Shown here: positions 50,796-62,500 of the stretch, piece by piece
Numbering within the stretch: position 1 is the first letter of the stretch
How the letters are laid out: each line of letters starts with the position of its first letter
Assembly: GCA_030704615.1 (NCBI GenBank)
Contig: CM060732.1
Span: 76,818,001 to 76,882,000 of the forward strand
DNA: 64,000 nucleotides
From: Takakia lepidozioides
Taxonomy: Eukaryota; Plantae; Bryophyta
Reading direction: 5' to 3'
Made by a program: the position numbers and the translations under genes
Notes under the pieces: model-generated
Told to the model about the DNA's origin: nothing
The model's database searches: none
Seen by the model: the letters and a program-made list of their open reading frames with translations, nothing else

Positions 50796-53099
50796 CGAAT
50801 TTCACATCCTGCTTCTAGGGTTCAACATCATGGATAAAAATCATTCATCCTAGGGATGAAAAAGGTGCATGTCATAACTTAGCCATATTTTGTTCTTGGC
50901 AGATCAATAGCATAGTTTTTCCATGGAATTACCTCAAGTTATGGACAATTCCTCACCTTCATTAGCACGAAGGGCACTCCCTTTGTAGTAGTGCCGAAAC
51001 CTGATGCCAAACTTGAATTTTTACCCCCTGCATTCACACTACAACAGCTTGACACAACTGTCACGACCATAGGGAACGGATAGCAGGACAGGGAACAACT
51101 GTGGGGAACAACATCTGCGAAAAGAACATGTTAGTTCACGGATGACGATTAGTGAGGGAAACGGTTAGAACAACGGGTAGGAAGATAAAGCCATGAGCGA
51201 GGACTGGAAAAGGATCACTTCTTGGGGACTTCGGACATCACTGGGGGGGAAAGCGGAGAGCGCATCTTTGAGCAGAAAGAGGGAGAGCACGAAGAAGGAG
51301 GAGAACGATCTGTTGATGCTGAATGCAAGCAGAAGAGTTGTAATGTAGAGTAGATTAGAGACTCCATGGCTTCAGCCTGATACTTGATAGATATTAATCT
51401 GATACATACTTCATACTCACACTGTGTAGAGAGATCTGAGTGAAGCTGTGGAATGAATGGATGAGTTGATGGAATCCGATAGATTGCTGAAGCAAACTGA
51501 TACTTAATACCAACAGTAAGGTAACTAGCTAATGAATGCGGGAAGGAAAACAAATAGGAAACACCCCATGATACACTAGCTGTAGGTCATGACTGATTGT
51601 TCTGAGCGGGCTGAGTGCTTAGAGATTTCCAACTCTTCTATCTTGGAGTTTCCCCCTCGGATAGCGAAGGGATGGGTGAGTAAAAGCCGCGCGACATTTG
51701 GCGACCATACTGGGGAACTGGGTCATGAACAACCAGATGTGACAGGCATCTGGTGGGATCATGGTGGTTGGAGAATTAAAGAATTTGATGTGAATCAAAT
51801 TCCTTGTGAAACTGAGAAGGAAAGATTGTCCAAACGATTCTTTCAGAGGTTCTTGGAATTGCCAGACGGTTGTAAAGAAAACATTCTTAAGAGAGTGCAT
51901 GATGCTGACCCTGAATGGGGTCTGGAGAAAGGAGTGATAAAGATTTATCAGGTGGCCTGTAGAGGAAGAGCACGTTGGTTACCAACACTGGTTTATGTGA
52001 TAGCATTGCTATCCATTAAGCGAGTAGAGTTTGAAGGCTGGGAGGAAAGAAGGTGAATGTTTATACTCATATGCATGAAGAGCTTGTACTGGTAAAGAAT
52101 TGGATTCCAAAGGATATTTTGTGGATCAAACTCACACCAAGAACAGCTTTCCAGACTTGTTTGCCATATGGTTATATGGTAACGGAGACTTCTAGTATAG
52201 CCAAGGGTGCATTGAAGCTTGAAAGAAACCCAGGCATATACGAGAGATATTACAGAAGAGAGTTTTGGTTATTGCCACATTAAAAGAAATGAAAGACATG
52301 GGACATGAGTGATGAAAGAGAAGCTAGACGCCAGAGATATTCAGCAAAAAGAGAAAGCTATCTGAAAGCTAATTATCCATATCTTTGGGAGATAGACATA
52401 GGGGAATCATCTGGACCTCTCACACCTTAAGGATCAGAGAGTACATCACCCATACCGGAAGAACTAGAGTTGGATGCCACTCTTTCTTTTTTTTGCAAGA
52501 AAGATTAAGGAATTGGTACGGGAAGAAGATCAATCACGAGGTGAAAGATCTGAGTACATCCCTGGATAAAAGATTTGACAGAAATCTTTGATAAGAGTTG
52601 GCATGGAACACCAAAAGCAGGAACTCCAGTTTCTGAAGCGGAAGGTGAAGAAGGAGGAGAGGATGTGGCAGAGCCAACGGAGAGTTCAGACTCTCCAACA
52701 CCATTGCAGTTGAGTTACATGAGTGAAGAAGAAACCCAAGGGCAGAACTTGGAGGATGAAAATAGAGAGAAGAAATTGGAAGAGAAGAGTATGAAGAAGT
52801 AGACCCAACAGCTGAGGTTGAGACTACAACCAGGACATCCCAACCCGTTGGACCTGGATCAAGTGGAGCACTTGGATCACAGGCCAACGAAGGTGTAGGC
52901 TCAGGGGGATCAGGCGGGCTGCCTGGATCTGGCTCTGGGGGGACAGGGAGTGTGGGAAGTAGTGCAACTGGAGCTGGGAATACTGTGAATATCGTGGGGC
53001 CAGTAGCAAGGAGTGCTCAAGGGCCACCACTTGGTGGAAGATCCACCACAACAACAACAGGTCCTGAAGGACCAGCACCAGCAAGGGTGCCAGCACCTG

Positions 53100-54750
53100 T
53101 CAGTGGCAGAAGGTAGGGCCACAGATGGCGTTACAACCAACACGGGCAAAACCACCTTTTCCAATATATTCAGGAAAAGGGATCCCGATGTACACATTAG
53201 CCAATTTGAGCACATGTGTATAGTGAACAATGAGAATGGCGATGATGCCAAGATGAGATTGCCTTGTTCACTTATCAAGAAAGCAAGTGAATGGTATGCA
53301 AGATTCCCTGATAATCATTTCCTAACCTGGAATGGCTTGAATACAACATTCCAAAATAGGTTCAGACAAGTAAAACTGAGGATGAAGTGTATGGAAGTTT
53401 AAACAGTTAAAGCAAAAGAAGCATGAAACTGTTGAGGAGTATATGGAAAAGATGGAATTGATGATGAAAAAGCTGGCTGTTGTACCAGCACCAGGTTTAC
53501 AGAAGACTTGGTTTGTGAGTGGACTAAGACCAGAGTTGCAAAAGAAAGTGGATATGTTACCCATAATACAGTGGAGGAGGCATTTGAAACTGCAAACAGA
53601 ATTGAGCAATTGGGAATGCTCAGGAGAGAGAAAAGGGATGATGAGGACTCTGAGGATGAGTCAGATGAAGAAGAAGAGCAAGAACTAAAAAGGAAAAGTA
53701 AGAGAAAGGAGAAGTTGAAGAGGGATAACTATGAGAAAAGATTAGAAGAAATCTGAAGAAGTATGCCACAGAGGCTGCAACACATTGGAGGAAGGGTGTA
53801 TGGTGTGCAAAGTGCCAGAATGAAGGCCATACCACCACAGAATGCCACATGAAGGAGAAACACTGTACTATCTGTAAAATGGATAACCATTCTACTGAGA
53901 ATTGTTACTACAACAGAAGGACAGCTGCAAGAGAACCTAGGCAAGTGAGGGTGCATCAGGTGCAGCCCCAGCCAAGAAGAAACAATGATCAGGACCACTA
54001 TGGTAGGTCTGGTGGTTATAACAATGGCATGGAAAGGAGAGGGAATTCAAGAGGGAATTACCAAGAAAATTCCAGAGGCAACTATCAGGGTAATCCAAGG
54101 GGGAATTACCAGCCCGGGAATCAGGATTACAGAAATAATCCAAGAGCACCAAGGGCGAGGACCCAATGGTGAAGAACTGTGTTACTATTGTAATCAGCCA
54201 GGACATCGCAAGGCAGCCTGTTCATTCTGGATTAGACACCAGAATGAGATGAGAGCTCCTATGAATGAAGGCCCAGTGGTGGTAGCTCACATGGTTAGGC
54301 TATGTGTTGTACCAGAAGTAAGTACAATGATAGTAACAAGAAGCAAAGCCAAACTAATACCTCCAGTAGTTGAGGAAGATGATGATAATGAAGGTGGCAG
54401 TGATATGCCTGAAGATGATGAGGCTTGGAGAGATGAGAAGGAATTGCACAAGGAAGTGGCAGATACCATAAGGGAATTGCAGAAGAGTACTGATATCCCT
54501 GTGGCAGATTCCTCTGATTCTGATGGAGAAAAAGAAGTGAGTGAGGATGAAAGGAAGAAAGAAGATGCAGACATGCAAAGTAATGAAGGGACTTTGGCTG
54601 AAGTAATATGCCAGACCAAAGCAGAGACTACCATTGGACAGCTATTGGCTATGGCACCTTATTGTAGACACAGGCTGTATCAAGCAATCAATCGAATTGC
54701 CCATGAGACAGGAAACACAGACCTGAACAGCAAGGTGACCAGTTATAATG
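53100..54750 (+). mobile_element. Degenerate LTR-retrotransposon gag remnant with three CCHC knuckles, truncated by element B
   Basis: DPDVHISQFE..ASEWY..TWNGL..F, FVSGLRPEL, CAKCQNEGHTTTEC, CTICKMDNHSTENC, CYYCNQPGHRKAAC, TIGQLLAMAPYCR. Confidence 0.8.
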
Positions 54751-55176
54751 TGAAGCCGGAAGGGCGAGAAACAGGGGGGGTGCTATTCCGTGAGCCTGGA
54801 GGCGTGAGCCTGTGAGCCCAGGAAAGCGTGAGCCCAGCACAGGCTCACGCCACGTCAGCATGCAAACAGTGCCTATTTCCGCGGATGTCACCTATTTCCG
54901 AGTGGGGTCACCTATTTCCGCGGGTTGATGTGGGGAGAATTGAGAATTGAGAACAAAGTGGTTTGTTTGTTTTTGCAATGTACTCAAGTCTGTGAGGTCC
55001 ACAAAACAACAATATATTGAAGGAACAATCCGGGCAGTCCATGCAACCCCCATCTCCAACAATAGTTTGGAACCATGAATGTGAATTCCATGCACACATT
55101 GCAAAGAGGACAATAAGGACACACAACCATCCCATTTCAAATTTGTCCCAGAATTAAACCAAAAGAATACTTCATA

Positions 55177-58100
55177 TCAAGTGTCGCAGTCATCACAATC
55201 AATGTCCACCTCCTGTGCTATGTCATCTACAAAGATTCTGGCCCCAACACCACGTGTTCTACGAAGGCCATCGCAAGGTGGACTCTGAGTGCCATGAACG
55301 GACATGCTTGCTGCGAGTGCCTCGCATAGACAGGTAGCACACAAGACCGAGGAGGACTGAAAACAAGTCCAAATAGGTGTGATAGCCCAGGAGGGCAAGT
55401 GGAAGCACGCGGACTCCTACACATGTCCACAAAATTCCATTTTTAACACAATGATGCAATGCACAAGTCCAACGAAGAGGATGTCTCCCCATTTGCACTT
55501 TGCCTCAAGAACAGCGATTCTCGATAATGAAACAACAATGCAAGCATGCACAGGTTCAACTTACTCACAGGCAAAGTCGGAGTCCAGCTCCTTGTCAGAA
55601 GTCTCCTCTGTACCAGTATCAGCGGGACGGGGCTTCGGAAGGACCTGAGAAGTGTGTCCACCCAAACCCATCAGGAGGTTCTTGTAAATCTCAGCATCCC
55701 CTTCAATCCCAAAGACATGTCGCGCACTGGCCTTGCAAGCGTGGTACGAAGCACTGCAGTGGAATAGAATGAAGTAAGCAGACATTGAAGACACATTCGG
55801 AACGGTGGAAAGTGCTGAAAGTGCAAGCTCAATCAAACCTCATGAAATGTGAATGTTGAAGGGACGAACCTGTGCCCATCGACAAATCCAGAACTCTGGC
55901 GTCTGTGTAGGTGCAGCACTCCACAATCGTTTGAATGAAAGCCGGGCTCCTCTCCCTCGCCCCTCTCCAAGGAACCCCATTCCCCCTTCGCAAGCACACG
56001 TTGTTGTCAACGTAGTTGTGATGCATGTCATCCGTGGGAGGATCTGTCCTGTCATCTATGAACTTGCCCCCGTGAGTGATGGCAAACTCCGTAATGCCGG
56101 CCGGAGTCGTTGGTGGATGCACCCGGACGAGACAAACAGCTTCAAACAGACGAGTCTGCGAACATGACATCCAGAAGGAACTAAGAACCAAAATAAAATC
56201 GGGCCCCTACATATGAGTTTGAGCGACCTACACAACACAATCCCAGAACAAAAAAGAAGAGGAAGAAGAAGGGAAACTCACCATCTCTCCCGGACGATCC
56301 CCCTTCGTAAGGTACATGCTGTTCACACAATTCCATGTCTTCAGGACTCTCATGCCCGAGGCTTTCAAATAGCTGGCAAGGGCACGGCGACACCGAACAT
56401 CGATGGACTGGATGAGAACCAAAACACCTGCATCGGAAAGGAAGAAGTTGCAAAAGGAAAAAACCCACCGCCAGTAGCGCTCATCAAATGCATTCCAACC
56501 CGGACAAGCACCCGATGGTGGGATATCCGGGACTGCCAACCCATCAGGGATGTCCAAGATGATGAGTTCCGCTGCATATGGCTTCTCCTTCCCGTTCACC
56601 CACGATTTGGTCATTTTAGCCTGCAAACAAAAATACAATGGAATTCTGACAAGTTTATAAACGATCCATGCCCACAGCAGACAAAGAGAGCAGAAGCCAC
56701 AGAACCCAAAGAGAACACGCACCGTGCTGAGGAACTCGACAATCCTCTCCCACACTGGTGATGGCTCGCCCTTGTAATCAGATTTCTTCGACTCCATCAT
56801 GGCAAGGAACCCGACGTTGGCAATCTCCAACCTGGTTGGACGAATGACCCTCGTGGGATGTTCCACTGCATGGTACGGGTCCTTGGGATCAACCACACCC
56901 TTGTTTTTTCTCCCGGATCCCCTACCATGCGGTGGAGTCTGCTGGACATGCTCCACAGGGCCAATAGCTGCAACACTTCCCTGCCCTTGTGCCACCTTCC
57001 CTCTACCCCTTCCCGTCCCCACAACACCAGCAACATCTTTTCCCTTTGCCTTTCTTCCTCTACCCGGGGTATCCTGAGCGGGAGGCTCCTTCTCTGCAAG
57101 AGTCCTCAGATTACGCTCATGAATGTCGAGGTCCGCTGCTGCGGCAGTGGCTGCAATACGGTCATTCTCTCTCCTCAAAGACAACTCTACAGCTGGGGTC
57201 TCTGAAGGAGGGCAATCCAAATACCAACCACAAGAAGAAAGATGGTCCGGACCCCAGTCATGCAAGATCCCAGCAGTGAACATGGTCTGGTTGCCAGCAG
57301 GGACAAGCCAAAGGTCCACGAAATCTGGATGTTTGTCCAAGCAATTCTCTTCCAGGAGAACAAACTTAATGTACCTGCACGAACAGACACAGCCTCATTA
57401 TCCAATGCACATATTGTGTCCCAGCTTTTTCAACACACCAGGAAGACCCCCTTAAACAGTATGCCACACAACACATTGCAACCACAACACAAGCAAAGAG
57501 TGCAAGGGTGTGCACCTGTAAAGGCATCGTTTCCAGGCTTCCTCTCCTTTTTCCTGCTGGTCAAGCTCATTTGTTCGACTGATGCCACCCTCCTTGCTGA
57601 ACTCTCTAAAGAAACCAGAGTGCCACACTGTGGCTCTCCATTTCCTCATGTATGCTTCGAAGGAGACCTTCGGAGCTGTCATAGTGATGCCATAGTCAGC
57701 CAGCTGAGTATGCAGAACCGATCGGGCCCTTTCTTCCAACTGCAAAAAAATTGAAATGGAAGAATGAACCCAAAAACAGTCACAGCGAATGTAAGAGGCA
57801 ATGGGAAGAGAAGGACAGGAAAAGAGAAAAGAAAGTGAGATACGAGAGGACATCACACCTGGCTCCAGTAAGTGGCCTTGTGAAGCCAGTTGTCCAGCAC
57901 ATTGTCACTGACAGGAACGACACGCTGGGTCTTCTTCTCCTTCTCTGGCCTTGGGAACATGTGGGTATCCCTAACTGTGGGATCGGAGTTCCATATCTGC
58001 AGCCACTTCACCTTCTGTTCAGAAGACACGACGGCGGTAGACAACCTGTGCAACTTCTCCTGGGCCATCTCCGGCTTGCCTGGCTTGTTATAATGGTTTT

Positions 58101-59301
58101 TTATCTCCAGCAGAAACTGCGGCCCGAATGATGGGTCGGCCATTCTCAACTGCTTCACAAAAGCACTCATTATTGTCCTTCTTGTAGCGTTCATCTCCTT
58201 CTGGATGTGACTTTCAACTCCCTTTGCTGTCCTTCTCTCCTCAGGGGTAGAGCTGTAGTATTCCAGTTTGCCACGCTCCCCTGCATCTGCAATGTCTTGC
58301 TGCAAGGGAATGCAAGAGAGTTGCATCAATCCAAGGTCAAGGGAGACAGAGAGAAACAAACATGTGGAAGCAGGAATATGGAAAGGCCAGATGAAGGAAG
58401 ATGTATCTCACCGTGTACATGTACTCCATGAAAGCCTCACGGGTCAACGAGTACCATGTTTCCGAAGTCTTGGAGCTTTCGCATTTCTTATACATCTCTG
58501 CCGAAAGGATGGTCTTGAAGTTGGTCAAGGGCATCTGCCCGATCCTTTGTATCCTATACAGTGTGTGAACCAGACTCGTTTTGACATGCGATGTCTCCGT
58601 CCCTCTGCAGAATGATATCTGAATTTCAGAATGTAATTCAAGGACTTCAATCAAGGAAGAACGGAACCAGAAGTGCAACGTGTACAATGAGAAACCAACC
58701 TGTTCACATCATTCATTGCCGTCAGAAGACCCATCATGTTGTCGTCACAATCAAGCACCATCGATCGAACAGAGTAATGCCACTCTTCCTCCTGTGAGTG
58801 CAGCCTCCCAATGACAGCCATCCATGCAAGCAACCGGTGGTTGCCATCCCAAACGTGAAACATCTTCCCCGAGAATACCTGGGTGGAAGGTTTTCTGGAG
58901 AGAAGAAGTTCGAAGGATTCGTTCACCTGTCTCCAAATGGGGTCCCAGGAGTCGACGATTGACTCATCAACAAGGAGCTCGTTACCTCTTGAATCCCTAG
59001 TAGAAACGTAAAAGACCGCGGATCCATCCAAATACCCATGAACAAACTCGGCCTCCAGCTTGAGAATGTCTTTGACAAGGGGTGGACGAACGACGGGCAT
59101 GGAAACCAACCTACACAGGGGAATCTTCAACCTCCCACCAGGAGCAAGCATACTTTGAACCACAAGCTGAGAGTTCACCTTTTGACCCCCCAGCATCTCA
59201 GCGGCTTTGCTTTCATAAAACTCATCGTCAACATCATCTTTGGTCTCCTTCCCCTGACCCTGAGGGACCTCATCCGCCACACTTTGCATTTTCCCCTGCA
59301 A
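55177..59301 (-). CDS. Multi-exon ParB/Srx-fold + beta-class amino-methyltransferase-like protein (copy B); 5' end probably beyond the satellite
   Basis: ORF 58651..59301 has FHVWDGNHRLLAW (ParB GxxRxxA box). Downstream exons give AELIILDIPDG, WRGARERSPAFI..RVLDLSMGTG and ASYHACKASARHVFGIEGD. Introns sit at the same positions as in copy A. Intactness not verified exon by exon. Confidence 0.72.
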
Positions 59302-59519
59302 GGTTGTTCACTCAAATTCTTATAAGAGAGGAATGAAACGTCGACCGATGCATGAAAAAGTGGGATAAAAAGGGAAGTGTTCTTTGAGCTGCCAGATAAG
59401 TGTTCATTGATCCTCACGGACATGCACTATGTTCCCGATTTACACAGGGAAAGAACATTGAAAAGTTCTGCTCAAATATCTGCCCATGAGGGCCGAAAGT
59501 TGCGCCCTTCCATATTCAT

Positions 59520-62500
59520 ATGTTCTGCCTACACAGTGTGCGGTTCCGCAGACTGTTTGAGCTGACAGTGAAGGGTTCATTTTATACTCAAAAATGTGCC
59601 CATGAAGTCCAAATTTTGCACCCAGAAACATTGAAATGCTCAGCTCAAACAGTGTGCGTTGCCGCACACTGTCTGAGCTGGCAGTGAAGGGTTCTTTCAC
59701 ACTCACACAGGTGCCCCTGAAGTCCAATTTTTGCATCCAGAAACATTGAAATGCTCAGCTCAAACAGTGTGCGTTGCCGCACACTGTCTGAGCTGGCAGT
59801 GAAGGGTTCATTTCACACTCACACAGGTGCCCCTGAAGTCCAAATTTTCACCCAGAAACATTGAAATGCTCAGCTCAAACAGTGTGCGTTGCCGCACACT
59901 GTCTGAGCTGGCAGTGAAGGGTTCTTTTCACACTCACACAGGTGCCCCTGAAGTCCAAATATTTCACCCAGAAACATTGAAATGCTCAGCTCAAACAGTG
60001 TGCGTTGCCGCACACTGTCTGAGCTGGCAGTGAAGGGTTCTTTTCACACTCACACGGTGCCCCTGAAGTCCAAATTTTGCACCCAGAAACATTGAAATGC
60101 TCAGCTCAAACAGTGTGCGTTGCCGCACACTGTCTGAGCTGGCAGTGAAGGGTTCATTTCACACTCACACAGGTGCCCATGAAGTCCAAATTTTGCACCC
60201 AGAAACATTGAAATGCTCAGCTCAAACAGTGTGCGTTGCCGCACACTGTCTGGCTGGCAGTGAAGGGTTCTTTTCACACTCACACAGGTGCCCCTGAAGT
60301 CCAAATATTTCACCCAGAAACATTGAAATGCTCAGCTCAAACAGTGTGCGTTGCCGCACACTGTCTGAGCTGGCAGTGAAGGGTTCTTTTCACACTCACA
60401 CAGGTGCCCCTGAAGTCCAAATATTTCACCCAGAAACATTGAAATGCTCAGCTCAAACAGTGTGCGTTGCCGCACACTGTCTGAGCTGGCAGTGAAGGGT
60501 TCTTTTCACACTCACACAGGTGCCCTGAAGTCCAAATTTTGCACCCAGAAACATTGAAATGCTCAGCTCAAACAGTGTGCGTTGCCGCACACTGTCTGGC
60601 TGGCAGTGAAGGGTTCTTTTCACACTCACACAGGTGCCCCTGAAGTCCAAATATTTCACCCAGAAACATTGAAATGCTCAGCTCAAACAGTGTGCGTTGC
60701 CGCACACTGTCTGAGCTGGCAGTGAAGGGTTCATTTCACACTCACACAGGTGCCCCTGAAGTCCAAATATTTCACCCAGAAACATTGAAATGCTCAGCTC
60801 AAACAGTGTGCGTTGCCGCACACTGTCTGAGCTGGCAGTGAAGGGTTCATTTCACACTCACACAGGTGCCCCTGAAGTCCAAATTTTGCACCCAGAAACA
60901 TTGAAATGCTCAGCTCAAACAGTGTGCGTTGCCGCACACTGTCTGGCTGGCAGTGAAGGGTTCTTTTCACACTCACACAGGTGCCCCTGAAGTCCAAATA
61001 TTTCACCCAGAAACATTGAAATGCTCAGCTCAAACAGTGTGCGTTGCCGCACACTGTCTGAGCTGGCAGTGAAGGGTTCTTTTCACACTCACACAGGTGC
61101 CCCTGAAGTCCAAATATTTCACCCAGAAACATTGAAATGCTCAGCTCAAACAGTGTGCGTTGCCGCACACTGTCTGAGCTGGCAGTGAAGGGTTCTTTTC
61201 ACACTCACACAGGTGCCCCTGAAGTCCAAATATTTCACCCAGAAACATTGAAATGCTCAGCTCAAACAGTGTGCGTTGCCGCACACTGTCTGAGCTGGCA
61301 GTGAAGGGTTCTTTTCACACTCACACAGGTGCCCCTGAAGTCCAATTTTTGCATCCAGAAACATTGAAATGCTCAGCTCAAACAGTGTGCGTTGCCGCAC
61401 ACTGTCTGAGCTGGCAGTGAAGGGTTCATTTCACACTCACACAGGTGCCCCTGAAGTCCAATTTTTGCACCCAGAAACATTGAAATGCTCAGCTCAAACA
61501 GTGTGCGTTGCCGCACACTGTCTGAGCTGGCAGTGAAGGGTTCTTTTCACACTCACACAGGTGCCCCTGAAGTCCAAATATTTCACCCAGAAACATTGAA
61601 ATGCTCAGCTCAAACAGTGTGCGTTGCCGCACACTGTCTGAGCTGGCAGTGAAGGGTTCTTTTCACACTCACACAGGTGCCCCTGAAGTCCAATTTTGCA
61701 CCCAGAAACATTGAAATGCTCAGCTCAAACAGTGTGCGTTGCCGCACACTGTCTGAGCTGGCAGTGAAGGGTTCTTTTCACACTCACACAGGTGCCCCTG
61801 AAGTCCAATTTTGCACCCAGAAACATTGAAATGCTCAGCTCAAACAGTGTGCGTTGCCGCACACTGTCTGAGCTGGCAGTGAAGGGTTCTTTTCACACTC
61901 ACACAGGTGCCCCTGAAGTCCAAATATTTCACCCAGAAACATTGAAATGCTCAGCTCAAACAGTGTGCGTTGCCGCACACTGTCTGAGCTGGCAGTGAAG
62001 GGTTCATTTCACACTCACACAGGTGCCCCTGAAGTCCAATTTTGCACCCAGAAACATTGAAATGCTCAGCTCAAACAGTGTGCGTTGCCGCACACTGTCT
62101 GAGCTGGCAGTGAAGGGTTCTTTTCACACTCACACAGGTGCCCCTGAAGTCCAAATATTTCACCCAGAAACATTGAAATGCTCAGCTCAAACAGTGTGCG
62201 TTGCCGCACACTGTCTGAGCTGGCAGTGAAGGGTTCATTTCACACTCACACAGGTGCCCCTGAAGTCCAAATTTTGCACCCAGAAACATTGAAATGCTCA
62301 GCTCAAACAGTGTGCGTTGCCGCACACTGTCTGAGCTGGCAGTGAAGGGTTCTTTTCACACTCACACAGGTGCCCCTGAAGTCCAAATATTTCACCCAGA
62401 AACATTGAAATGCTCAGCTCAAACAGTGTGCGTTGCCGCACACTGTCTGAGCTGGCAGTGAAGGGTTCATTTCACACTCACACAGGTGCCCCTGAAGTCC

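Noticed and set aside
50975-50993. CACTA-like right end (TTTGTAGTAGTG)
   Set aside because: No matching left TIR or TSD found in the window, so no element can be delimited.
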